Positions 40,993 through 52,556 of a stretch of 64,000 bases of DNA are shown here, one piece after another (positions within the stretch are counted from its first letter, which is position 1; every line of letters starts with the position of its first letter). The DNA is from Octopus vulgaris (taxonomy: Eukaryota). The stretch is from contig OX597824.1 in assembly GCA_951406725.2 (NCBI GenBank), positions 13,206,001 to 13,270,000 on the forward strand. Reading direction: 5' to 3'. Made by a program: the position numbers and the translations under genes. The notes under the pieces were generated by a model, which was given only the letters and a program-made list of their open reading frames with translations, was not told where the DNA came from and made no database searches.

Positions 40993-41150
40993 TTTAGATA
41001 ACTTAGATATATTTCGACCAAAAATTGGTCCAGGCCTTATCTAACTTAATACCACCACCTGATAGGATTAGATAAATTCATTTTCTGTCAAGTTTCGTGG
41101 CATAATTATCCATTCGAGTAGGGAGTTCTTGTTGAGTGAGTTGTATCCAG
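40993..41150 (-). mobile_element. short 3' end of the same LINE family, inverted (tail-to-tail)
   Basis: Reverse complement matches 40648-40690 and 40884-40960. Confidence 0.88.
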
Positions 41151-41529
41151 ATATGTGTGTGTGTGCGCGCGCAAGCAAGTGTTTGTGCGTACACACATAT
41201 CTATTAAAGCTTCCCTTCTGGTTGTGCCAGTTTGTTCTATTGTGGTTATTTCCTTTATGTTATTTCCTTTTGACTTTGGTTACTATCCTTAGCGAAGGAA
41301 TAGAAAACAAAATATAAAGAAAAGAAGTCGAAAGAAAATTGGTCAAACGAGATAAAGAGCTTCAAGTATTTCGGCGCTCACGTCAATTTGCATATATTGT
41401 TATAGTTTACTATGAAAGTTCCTGCTTAACATTTGTAATTGTTTCTAGGCCAATAGGGGGGGAAGAAAAATAAAACAGATTTTCGTTTCTGTTTCATTGG
41501 TTGAAACAAGTACTAACGAGCATCGGTAC

Positions 41530-41725
41530 CAACACGACGACGACGCCGAACACCACCACTACCACCACCACCACCAACGCCGCTGCCGCCGCCACTACCA
41601 CCAGCACCACCACCAGCACCAGCACCAGCACCAGCACCAGCACCAGCAGCACCACCAGCACCACCACCAGCACCACCACCAGCACCAGCACCACCACCAG
41701 CACCAGCACCAGCACCACCACCAGC

Positions 41726-41756
<31 letters not shown>

Positions 41757-42040
41757 CCAGCACCACCACCAGCACCACCACCAGCACCACCACCACCACC
41801 ACCAGCACCACCATCACCAGCACCAGCACCACCAGCACCACCACCAGCACCACCTCCACCACCCCAACCACCACCACCACCACCACTACAACCAGCACCA
41901 CCATCACCAGCACCAGCACTAGCACCACCAGCATCAGCACCAGCACCACCAGCACCAGTGCCACCACCACCACCACCACTACCGTTACCACTATCACCTA
42001 GAGCATCAACAACAACATCAATAACAACAACAACAACGTC
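41530..42040. repeat. compound (CCA)/(GCA)/(ACA) trinucleotide repeat
   Basis: Direct low-complexity repeat, open in several frames. Confidence 0.93.
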
Positions 42041-42272
42041 AAAGGCGACAATGGCGACAACGGCGGCAGTGCTGGCTAAAACGACGACGAGGCCAATGAC
42101 AGCGCGTCAACTAAAGAGCCTGGTATATATAGCGCAAATTCCAGAGTTCTATAAAAAAAAGGGTGAGGTTCTTAATATGGTTATTCAATCTTCAAGAAAT
42201 AACAGCTTAATCCCATACAACCTGCTATTGCTACTTTGAGTATATCTAAATTGAGACATAATCTTTCAAGAA

Positions 42273-42492
<220 letters not shown>

Positions 42493-42493
42493 A

Positions 42494-42747
42494 GTGTGAT
42501 ATACCTTGACTTTGCAAAGGCATTTGATAATGTCGATCATGGCATGATAAGTCATAAGCTACGGACCTTGGCATCGCTGGTAAAACGGGAGAGTAGGTGC
42601 ATGACTTCCTTAAAAACAGAAGTCAGGTAGTTCTGAGGAAACTGAAAACGTATGTGGTATCCCCCAGGGAACTGTTCTGGGGCCATTACTGTTCATAATA
42701 GTCCTCTTAGACATGCCCACAGTCACTTGGACAGCCACGGTTACTAG
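42494..42747 (+). pseudogene. CR1/L2-group RT internal fragment
   Basis: VIYLDFAKAFDNVDHGMISHKLR..HDFLKNRSQVV..GIPQGTVLGPLLFII (not in the ORF track; broken frame). Confidence 0.85.
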
Positions 42748-43193
42748 TTAGTTGTGTGCCAGACATAGGGTCTTCCAACTGCCACCCTCTTGACCCAGGG
42801 CAGCACTACCTCCATTGAGTCTGAGGCCGTGTGGGAAGATAAATGGAGGCATGACTTCTCCATCACTGGTAAACACTCCAAACACAATGATGTTGACTGG
42901 ATGTTTGAATTTGATTCCTCGCGTTACATGTTGTGGAGACACGGTAAGCTAACGGTTGTTCTATGTGTTCACCATCTGTTCATATTGGGGTTTCCTGTGA
43001 GAATGCCAAGCTGTACAGCATGTCGTTTCCAAATTTCTGGCCGAGTGAATTGCGTCATGGTGCTGTTTTGCTCACAGACGGCGCTCAACTGACCCTACAG
43101 TACTCTGTACTCGACCAAATCGAAAACAAACAATTCGCATGCGCGAAAGTAAAAATATAAAATGGCGACAATTTACCCATCGCACGCTGTATA
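42748..43193 (-). mobile_element. Tc1/mariner (maT/DD37D-like) deleted element, one end
   Basis: KHPVNIIVFGVFTSDGEVMPPFIFPHGLRLN transposase motif; terminus TA|CAGCGTGCGATGGGTAAATTGTCGCC on the minus strand. Confidence 0.7.
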
Positions 43194-43229
43194 CTTAAAT
43201 GATAAACTTTTGAAAAGTTTTACAGATTT

Positions 43230-43650
43230 GCATGTATGTATGTATGTATGTATGTATGTATGTATGTATGTATGTATGTATGTATATTTATGTATGTATG
43301 TATGTATGTATGTATGTGTGTATGAATGTATGTATATATGTATGTATGAATGTATGTGTGTATGAATGTATGTATATATGTATGTGTGTATGAATGTATG
43401 TATATATGTATGTATGAATGTATGTATGTATGTATGTATGTATGTATGTATGTATGTATGTATATATGTATGTATGAATGTATGTATGTATGTACGTATG
43501 TATGTATGAATGTATGTATGTATGTATGTATGTATGTATGTATGTATGTATGTATGTATGTATGTATGAATGTATGTATGTATGAATGTATGTATGTATG
43601 TATGTATGTATGTATGTATGTATGTATGTATGTATGTATGTATGTGTGTG
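43230..43650. repeat. (TATG)n microsatellite
   Basis: Direct tandem repeat. Confidence 0.97.
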
Positions 43651-44266
43651 TGTAAGTATATATGTATGTACTCATGCCGGCATGTGTATATATGTGTACG
43701 TATGTATTATACAATTTGTTTTAAATGGGATCCCATCTTCTCCCCGACACCTTATCCAATACAGAATTCTTGAATTATACAACAGGTGGTACTTAAGAAT
43801 TTAGTTAAAACGAATTATATAATAAATTTGGTTGTACTTTCAATATCGAGTCTCTCCATTAGTAAACGTTCTGTTTTCATTCTTAAAATAGTATTAGAAT
43901 AGCCACCTTGAAAGGACATGCGCGCACAGAAACATACACAGAAGCATACACGCACACACAGAAATAACGAAAAAACATATTATAATCTACATGCTCTCAC
44001 AGTAGCAGGAAATCGTTTTAGACTATTATTCGCAGACGCGTATCTAATGATCAAATATCGATAAGGTATATGGAAGCCTGTCCAGATCTTACGCTACGGC
44101 AAACTGTTTTGAGTGCTGATTAATAATAAATACAAATACATTAGTAGCTATCATCTTACAATACCAAACATCCATTAACCCTAGATGAAATGGTTAGAAA
44201 TATATATTATGCATGTTTTTATGTGTTTCCGTTGGTGTTTCTACGTATGTATGTATGTACGTAGGA

Positions 44267-44588
44267 AGGCGCGTGGCTTAGTGGTTAGGGGCATTCGACT
44301 CACGATCGTAAGGTCGTGAGTTCAATTCCCGGCGATGCGTTGTGTCCTTCAGCAAGATACTTTATTCCACGTTGCTCCAGTCCACTCAGGTGGCAAAAAT
44401 GAGTAGTACCTGTATTTCAAAGGGCCAGCCTTGTCACTCTCTGTGTCACGGTGAATATCCCAGAGAACTGCGTTAAGGGTGCACGTGTTTGTGAAGTGCT
44501 CAGCCACTTACACGTTAATTTCACGAGCAAGCTGTTCCGTTGATCGTATCAGCTGGGACCCTCGTCGTCGCAACCGACGGAATGCTCC
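44267..44588 (+). mobile_element. SINE family C
   Basis: Colinear with 13410-13729. Confidence 0.9.
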
Positions 44589-44694
44589 TGATGTATGTAC
44601 GTACGTATGAATGTATGTATATATGTATATATGCATGTATGTATGCATGTATGTATTATGTATGTATGTATATATGTATGAATGTATGAGGTGT

Positions 44695-44887
44695 ATCCGA
44701 ACAAAGAAGAACAAACAAGAAGAAAACAACAACGCGAGGACGTGGTACAAGTACTGTATTCTCAGATGCTCAGGAAAGGAAAGAAAGATGGTTTAACGTT
44801 TCGAGCAGACGCTCTTCTTCAGGAATAGAGGAAAGTCCAAAAGAAGGGAAGAGGGAAGTAGAAAATCGACAACGATACACACGTGGT
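44695..44887 (-). mobile_element. solo Penelope pLTR (related subfamily) with canonical hammerhead core
   Basis: Minus strand CTGAAGA-A-GAGC-GTCT-GCTC-GAAA-CGTT at ~44795-44822, followed by TTCCTGAGC as in the other pLTRs. Confidence 0.75.
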
Positions 44888-45234
44888 AGGTATGCATGTA
44901 TTATGCATGTGTATGTGTGCGTATGTACCTATGTATGTTTCTATTATGCATGTATAATGTACTACGCATGTGTATGTGTGCGTATGTTGTGCATGAGTTT
45001 ACATAAACAGCTTACAAATATTTAACCACTTCGTATATAATATGACCCGTTTGGTTAAAACTATACAGTTCCTGAACCTAGACGCTACTGCTCAAATCGG
45101 GGGTATTTTATCTTCACAAGAAGGTAACGAATATCAAATGGGCGCAACGGTGTCTCCTGGGAGTTTAGACGGGTCGCAGTATTTTTAAACACAAAATATT
45201 TAAGCCGTGTGACATACTTCTATTTTGGACATAT

Positions 45235-45806
45235 TTTCAAAGTAAGAAAGAAAGTAATAAAGAAAGATAATCACAAATGGCATGCAGCATTGCGCAAAGT
45301 AAAAGCAAGCACTCTGCTTCTACATCTCTCTTTTCTCTTCCCACGTGACCGGCTTTCGACCAAGCCTATTCTTTCATTCTTCGTCTGGCCGTAGTGCGTG
45401 CAACATCGATATTCCTCCCTGTATTTGTGAAATCTTGTATCCCTGCCGTAAGGCTTCGTTTCCACACAGGCCAGCTTAATTTAATTCGTCCTTAGTCGAA
45501 AGACGCCTGTTGTTATGTCCTGTTATTATTTTTATTGTATTTGTGTAACGTTGTCCGTTTTTTTCCGTCCTTGTTTTTGTATACATTCGCTGCTCTTAGC
45601 TTAGTTTTTCCTTGGGGCTGGCCAGATTGGAACAATCTCAAATATAATCAGCCGAAATTGCGAAGATAACCTGGTACTTGACTGAAGAAAGATAACTTCG
45701 AATGACCCGTCCTTGTTTTCTTTGTATCGGCTATCTGGATGTTTTGTTGTCCCATTTTTGTATCACCTAACTATCCGGATGTTTTGTCTCCTCCTATTTT
45801 GTATTA
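45235..45806 (+). mobile_element. probable Penelope-like 3' fragment (third family)
   Basis: ORF end KW.AAL.KVKAS shared with 50560-50612; terminal block shared with 47005-47190 and 5940-6066; ends in (TA)n. Confidence 0.55.
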
Positions 45807-45841
45807 TATATATATATATATATACACACACACATACACAC

Positions 45842-45893
<52 letters not shown>

Positions 45894-45980
45894 GTATATA
45901 TATACGTATGTATGTATGTTTGTGTGTATATGTATGCATCCATGTATGTATGTGGTTCGGTGCTTCGTTGTGCCATTTAT

Positions 45981-46036
<56 letters not shown>

Positions 46037-46093
46037 GTATCTATGTATGTATATATATGTGTGTGTAAAAACAATAACAATAACGGTAATAAT

Positions 46094-46161
<68 letters not shown>

Positions 46162-46241
46162 CAACAGCAACAATAATGTCAACAAAAGAAAGATCTCGAT
46201 ATTAAGTAAATAGAGGAAATATTAGGTAAATATATGTATTG

Positions 46242-46410
46242 TTTAGGACAACCAGTAAGTTGTCACAGTAGGACTCAGAGTTTCAAATTCTGGTGCTAAG
46301 AGCTGCGATGCATTCACATCTCATAACAGCCGATGAGAATGCATCGTAGCTCTTAGCTCCGTCATTTGAAACTCTGAGTCCTATTATGACACCTTAGTGA
46401 TTGCCCCAAA
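46242..46410. mobile_element. fold-back hairpin element (~80 bp arms)
   Basis: TAGGACTCAGAGTTTCAAAT..GCTAAGAGCTGCGATGCATTC pairs with GAATGCATCGTAGCTCTTAGC..ATTTGAAACTCTGAGTCCTA. Confidence 0.8.
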
Positions 46411-46507
46411 GTATACACACAAACACACACATACATACACACCCATATATATATATATATATATATAAATACAAACGGGGGGGGGGGTGCACGTAACGCC
46501 GCAATAA

Positions 46508-47190
46508 TATAAGAATGAATGTTTTTATATATAATGAACGTGAAATACAGGAAGGGACGAACACGGAACACAGACAAATCATTCGAAGCCTTCAATCTTC
46601 AGTCAGACACCGAATCATCCTCCCCTCTTCCTCCCATCCTCCTTAATCCCTTCTTTCTCCTTTTCTCTTGGTCACTGATTCTGTCCCCTGCCTTCCACCC
46701 TCTTTGATTCCCTCTCTCTCTGTCTCTCTTTCTCTCTCTCTCTCCTGCAACCTGCTGCTTCTTAAACCATTCTGTTGGCCATCGTATCTCGACCAACATG
46801 TGTCCCCGCTACCGAAACGGTAATTATTTCTACGCCAGCTATGTTGTTGTTGTTTCTGTCTCATTTGGTCTAAAGTCGTATGACAACCACCGTTATATAT
46901 ATTTTTGTTTATTCATTACTGTTTTCAATTTCGTTTTCGTCTCTTGTATTTACATCCGTCTTGTGCGTTCACATTCCTGTCTTCTACCAAGAAATCTAAT
47001 GCTTACAGCTTAGTTTTTTTTCTTGGGGCTGGCCGAGTTGGAGCAAATATCAGAATTGAACAGCCGAAATTTGCTATGATGATTCGGTGTCTGACTGAAG
47101 ATTGAAGGCTTCGAATGATTTGTCTGTGTTCCATGTTCGTCCCTTCCTGTATTTCACGTTCATTATATATAAAAACATTCATTCTTATAT
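46508..47190 (+). mobile_element. element with a near-perfect ~110 bp inverted copy of its 3' terminus at the 5' end (inverted-pLTR PLE structure)
   Basis: 46508-46619 is the reverse complement of 47078-47189 with about one mismatch. Confidence 0.75.
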
Positions 47191-47412
47191 ATATATATAT
47201 ATATATGAATGAATGAAAAGAATGGAGTCGAACGAAGATTTGACTCCATTCTTTTCATTCATTCATATAAAAAAACACACAAATTTCCACACACGAACAC
47301 GGGGTTCTGCCCTTGGCATGTAACTTCAACCGTGTTTCACTGACGTGAATTTGCTACCCAGGTATCTATTAACCGAATTATCCATACTAGGATAATTCAT
47401 TTATCTACTTAA

Positions 47413-47465
<53 letters not shown>

Positions 47466-48211
47466 CGTATGTATGTATGTTTGTGTGTATATGTATGCAT
47501 CCATGTATGTATGTGTTTGTGTGTTGCATAAATGTATGGAACTTGATCCATAGCATGTTATGTATCAGTTAATTTTGCAACAGTATATACGTCCCGTGCA
47601 AATGAATATCGTGGTCTACGTATTGAAATTTATTGGTGTTTATAAATAATAAGCTCTGAAAAAATGCTTCTTGCTGTTCATATGGAACGGAAACCATTGA
47701 GGATCAATTTTCGCAGCACTGACAAGACAAATTTTATCCGTGACTGTTATACGTTTAGGGGGAATGTAACATTAACAAAAAGAAGAAACGTAGACGAAAG
47801 GGAACAGAAAAAATCATTGTGTTTGAAAAAAAGACTGCTTTTTACTTATAAATGAAAAGTTCGATTAGCAATGATGAAGATGGTTAAATGACTTGTCAAG
47901 ATAAAACCATTATTGATATCAGATATATATAAAACTTAAATAACGCCAATTCATGAAATTTTTCGGTTTCTAAGGACTCAAGTTCATGGTCCACTGAACT
48001 GCGATTTGTTTTAGAATTCTTTTTGAAGCCATTTCAGTTATGTCTCGAATGATTGGAAGAGAACAGAATTGTGGTGACATTTTATTTATGTGTTTAATCT
48101 TTCTCATCAAACTTGCTTTGAACATTCATGACCTCACCGTCACTTCTGACAAACGCAAGTTTCTCTACCAAAACTAATACTATACTATTAAGTTTTTAGT
48201 GCTGCAAAGGT

Positions 48212-48492
48212 GCAGGCGCAATGGCTCAATGGTTAGGGCAGCGGACTCGCGGTCGGAAGATCGCGGTTTCGATTCCCAGATCGGGCGTTCTGTGTGTTTA
48301 TTGAGCGAAAACACCTAAAGCTCCACGAGGCTCCGGCTGGGGGTGATGGCGACCCCTGTTCTACTCTTTCGCCTCAACTTTCTCTCACTCTTTCTTCCTG
48401 TTTTTTCAATAACGCTGCGGTGGACTGGCGTCCCGTCCAGCTGTGGGCAACACACACACGCCCATGAGCCTGGTTAGGCTTGAAAAGGGAGC
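48212..48492 (+). mobile_element. SINE family D (tail type 2)
   Basis: Head as at 18040; tail TGGACTGGCGTCCCGTCCAG. Confidence 0.85.
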
Positions 48493-48607
48493 AAAAAGCG
48501 AAAACGTTGCACAGGAGGCGTGTTGGCTGAGTTGGTATCAAATTCCTCCGAGGTCAGCTCTGCATTTCATCCTTCATGGGTCAATATATAAATATACAAT
48601 ATTTATT

Positions 48608-49028
48608 AAGGGTGGCGAATTAGCAGAATCGTTAGCACGCCGGGCGAAATGCTTAGCGGTATTTCGTCTGCCGTTATGTTCTGAGTTCAAATTCCACCGA
48701 GGTCGACTTTGCCTTTCATCCTTTCGGGGTCGATTAATTAAGTACCAATTACGCACTGGGATCAATATAATCGACTATATCCGTTTGTCTGTCCTAGTTT
48801 GTCCTCTCTGTGTTTAGCCCCTTTTGTGTAGTAAAGAAATAGGTATTTCGTCTGCCGTTACGTTCTGAGTTCAAATTCTGCCGAGGTCAACTTTGCCTTT
48901 CATCCTTTAGGGGTCGATTAAATAGGTAACAGTTACGCACTGGGGTCGATGAAATCATCTTAATCTCTTTGTGTGTCCTTGTTTGTTCCCTCTATGTTTG
49001 GCTCCGATGAGGGCAATAAAGAAATAAA
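48608..49028 (+). mobile_element. family A SINE, partial tandem dimer
   Basis: Full copy 48608-48845, then a restart at the internal GGTATTTCGTCTGCCG running to a second tail ending CAATAAAGAAATA. Confidence 0.92.
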
Positions 49029-49487
49029 TATATAAATAAACAATTTAATATCGGTGGTTTGACGGAACCTTAGAGCATACGGGAAGAGTTTTGCAGTATT
49101 TGCTCCGAATCTGCACGCTCCGAGTTCAAATCCCACACAGCTCTACTTCATTGATTTAAGTAATTCGTTGATCTGTTTAGCAAACCCTCCTGGCCTTTGA
49201 GAAACTTCACCTGAGTTGGTTATGTTGCAATCAATTAATTCAGGCCAAGTCTCGGCATAAAAGCACATCTTTCTCTCTCCCATCAGTGCCAGGGACCATA
49301 TAAAGAGATACGGGATTTGCATTTCCGAATGACTAAGCATTAAAGAAAAACAGTGGAAACACACGAGAGGTTTTTACTCACACGGGTAACATGAGTCAGA
49401 CCTTGGTTACCTCCATTTACAAATTTCGAAATCAGTCTCCATTGAAGACGAAGCTGTCTAGTCTTCGACACTAGACATTTTTCTATA

Positions 49488-49520
<33 letters not shown>

Positions 49521-49706
49521 TGAACACAAACGAATTTTTCAATGTCGCTATAAACGTGTCATACTGTCTCCGGTGATCCATCATGTTAATTTGCATATGT
49601 ATAACCATAAAGAATACTTTATATCAAAAGACAGGCTTCCTCATCGGGTCCCCCAAATATTCGGTTTTCTTCATTTATTGACTGTCAAAATTCTTGAATA
49701 ACCTGT

Positions 49707-49768
<62 letters not shown>

Positions 49769-49769
<1 letters not shown>

Positions 49770-50192
49770 GCGAATGTTTCAAAGAAAGATGGGTGAATGT
49801 AGCAAGGATGGCACATATGAATGACGAAGCCACCTTGAGCATAATCCTATGAATCCAGAAAATTTAAAACAGAGGGTTACCAACTTGCAAACAAATGTGG
49901 TAACATGTAACATTATTGACCGAGGTTACCGTGGTCTTTTTCGTAGGCTTTTCTTCCCACAGATAAACCTTATTTGCTTCCCCCTTTACATTTTACATCA
50001 TGACACTGTGATACACTATCCCTATTGATCGCTTTTTTTCTTTCTACCCCCCTTTTTTTTCCTTCTTTCCCTTTTACGATCCCTTTTGATCGAAAACCTA
50101 CCCCACCTTTTTTTTCTTTCCCCCAAAAAGAAAAGCTCTACTTTGTAATCTGTCCCGTCTGTGTGCAGCCCTGTGTGGCTAATAAAGAAACA

Positions 50193-50193
<1 letters not shown>
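49769..50193 (+). mobile_element. Tx1/L1-like retrotransposon 3' end inside (TATC)n
   Basis: ORF end SECFKERWVNVARMAHMNDEATLSIIL* (F..RW is typical of Tx1/L1 ORF2 termini); pyrimidine-rich UTR; AATAAA near the end; TATC arrays on both sides. Confidence 0.55.
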
Positions 50194-50266
<73 letters not shown>

Positions 50267-50403
50267 CATGTTGGTCTGTCCGCCTGTCTATCTATTCGTC
50301 TATGTCTCTCTTGTCTATCTTCTTCCTTCCCCTATGTGTGTATACACAGATACATAATTATATATAATTGTAAACACCCTACACACTCGTATACACACGC
50401 ACT

Positions 50404-50464
<61 letters not shown>

Positions 50465-51024
50465 ATGCACATAAACACTCACCTCTGCTTTCGTCCTCTA
50501 AATACGAGGTCTCGATTCTTGCTACCAAAATAAATAAAGTACGAAATAAAGAAATAAAGAATGAAAATTCCGAATGGCGTGCAGCTTTGTGCAAGGTAAA
50601 AGCAAGCTACTGACTCAGCTGTCTCTTGAAACCAAACTGCTGAGTCGGTTCACCGGAAACTTATTCTTATTATTTGTGCGCTCATTGAATATAGCACTGA
50701 TTCACTTGACCTTTTCCTTTTCGCTTTTTATCTATGTACTGAGGTGACCGTTATTGCATCTGTATCATTCTTTGCTGTCTCTATATTCCATCACAAGGTT
50801 CGATTCACGAACGGATTTCAAGTGATTCCCCCCTTTGTTATTAATTTGATAGTTTTTGCAGTAAGAACATTATTCATAAAGCAAGTGTGTACCTCTCCCA
50901 CTCTGTGTCTCTTTTAGGCCAACAGATTTTTGGACATGACGATACGCCATAAAGCCAAAACCTTTATGACGGGAAACCCAGGGTAATCCCGTAAACCGGC
51001 CTCCCGGTTTATGTATATACATAC

Positions 51025-51096
<72 letters not shown>

Positions 51097-51101
51097 CATA
51101 A

Positions 51102-51290
51102 TACATTACAATATTCAAGATAAAACTCTGAGTTTCAGATGCCGAAGTGGGAATCCACGACATCTCTTCGGTTATCAGAGTTTTATCTTGACTATTGAGT
51201 AATGTAACATATTATTGTATAGATAAATTTCCTCTATTTCCATAATATTGAGGTCTCTTTCTTTTCTTTCTTTTGTTATCTTACCGTTTT
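51102..51290. mobile_element. short element with a long hairpin, between (TA)n arrays
   Basis: TCAAGATAAAACTCTGA (51115-51131) pairs with TCAGAGTTTTATCTTGA (51175-51191); inner CCGAAG/CTTCGG stem. Confidence 0.6.
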
Positions 51291-51291
51291 A

Positions 51292-51360
<69 letters not shown>

Positions 51361-51537
51361 TTATCCATACTCATATATGCACACACCCATTTATGGTCTC
51401 ACGCATAACTATATGTATAACTTGGCGACAGTCATAACATTTAACAGGTTCGAAGGTAATACAGGCTGAGTTTCTCCCCAATTCCTTATTAAAATTGAGA
51501 TATTATTGTTGGCAACTGTGATCACTTGACTGAAGAT

Positions 51538-51781
<244 letters not shown>

Positions 51782-51980
51782 ATATATATATATATATATC
51801 TGTCTGTCTGTCTTCATGCAAATTAACATGATTGATCACCGGAGACTGTGTGACACGTTTATAAGCGACATTGAAAAAATTCAATCGTTTCTGTTCATAT
51901 GTGCGTGTGTGTGTTTGTGTGTGTTGGAGTATATAGATAGATAGATAAATAGATAGATAGATCGATAGATTGATAGATAG

Positions 51981-52011
<31 letters not shown>

Positions 52012-52041
52012 GATCGATAGATAGATAGATAAATAGATAGG

Positions 52042-52096
<55 letters not shown>

Positions 52097-52485
52097 GTGG
52101 CTAGTTACCTAGTTAACTAGCCCTATTCTCTATATTTCTTTCCATAGTACATACATGTGTACACATATGTATATGGTGGTCTTAGAGTTCTTTATTCCAA
52201 ACGGAGCTGCAGGGGCGTCCTTGTGTCAAATTGCGAGCTATTAAGGTAGTCGATGGAATACTTACACTTCTGCAGTTTCTTTATTCGTAAAGACAATGCA
52301 GTAGGTGTAACAGAGATGTTTGCTGTCTCGATGTCCTGGTTGCTTATACAGCTACGATCTACTTTGCTGCTGTTGCTTAAAAAAAATAGTAATCAAAGAA
52401 TTTAGAATTGGAAACAAAGCTTGTCACCTCCGAATTTGCTGGAAATCAAAAATAAGTATGTGTGTGTGTGTATGTTTATATATGT

Positions 52486-52556
<71 letters not shown>

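Noticed and set aside
41501-42001. Mucin-like Thr/Ser or His/Gln-rich protein
   Set aside because: A pure triplet repeat open in several frames on both strands, with no flanking domain. Retained only as a low-interest finding.
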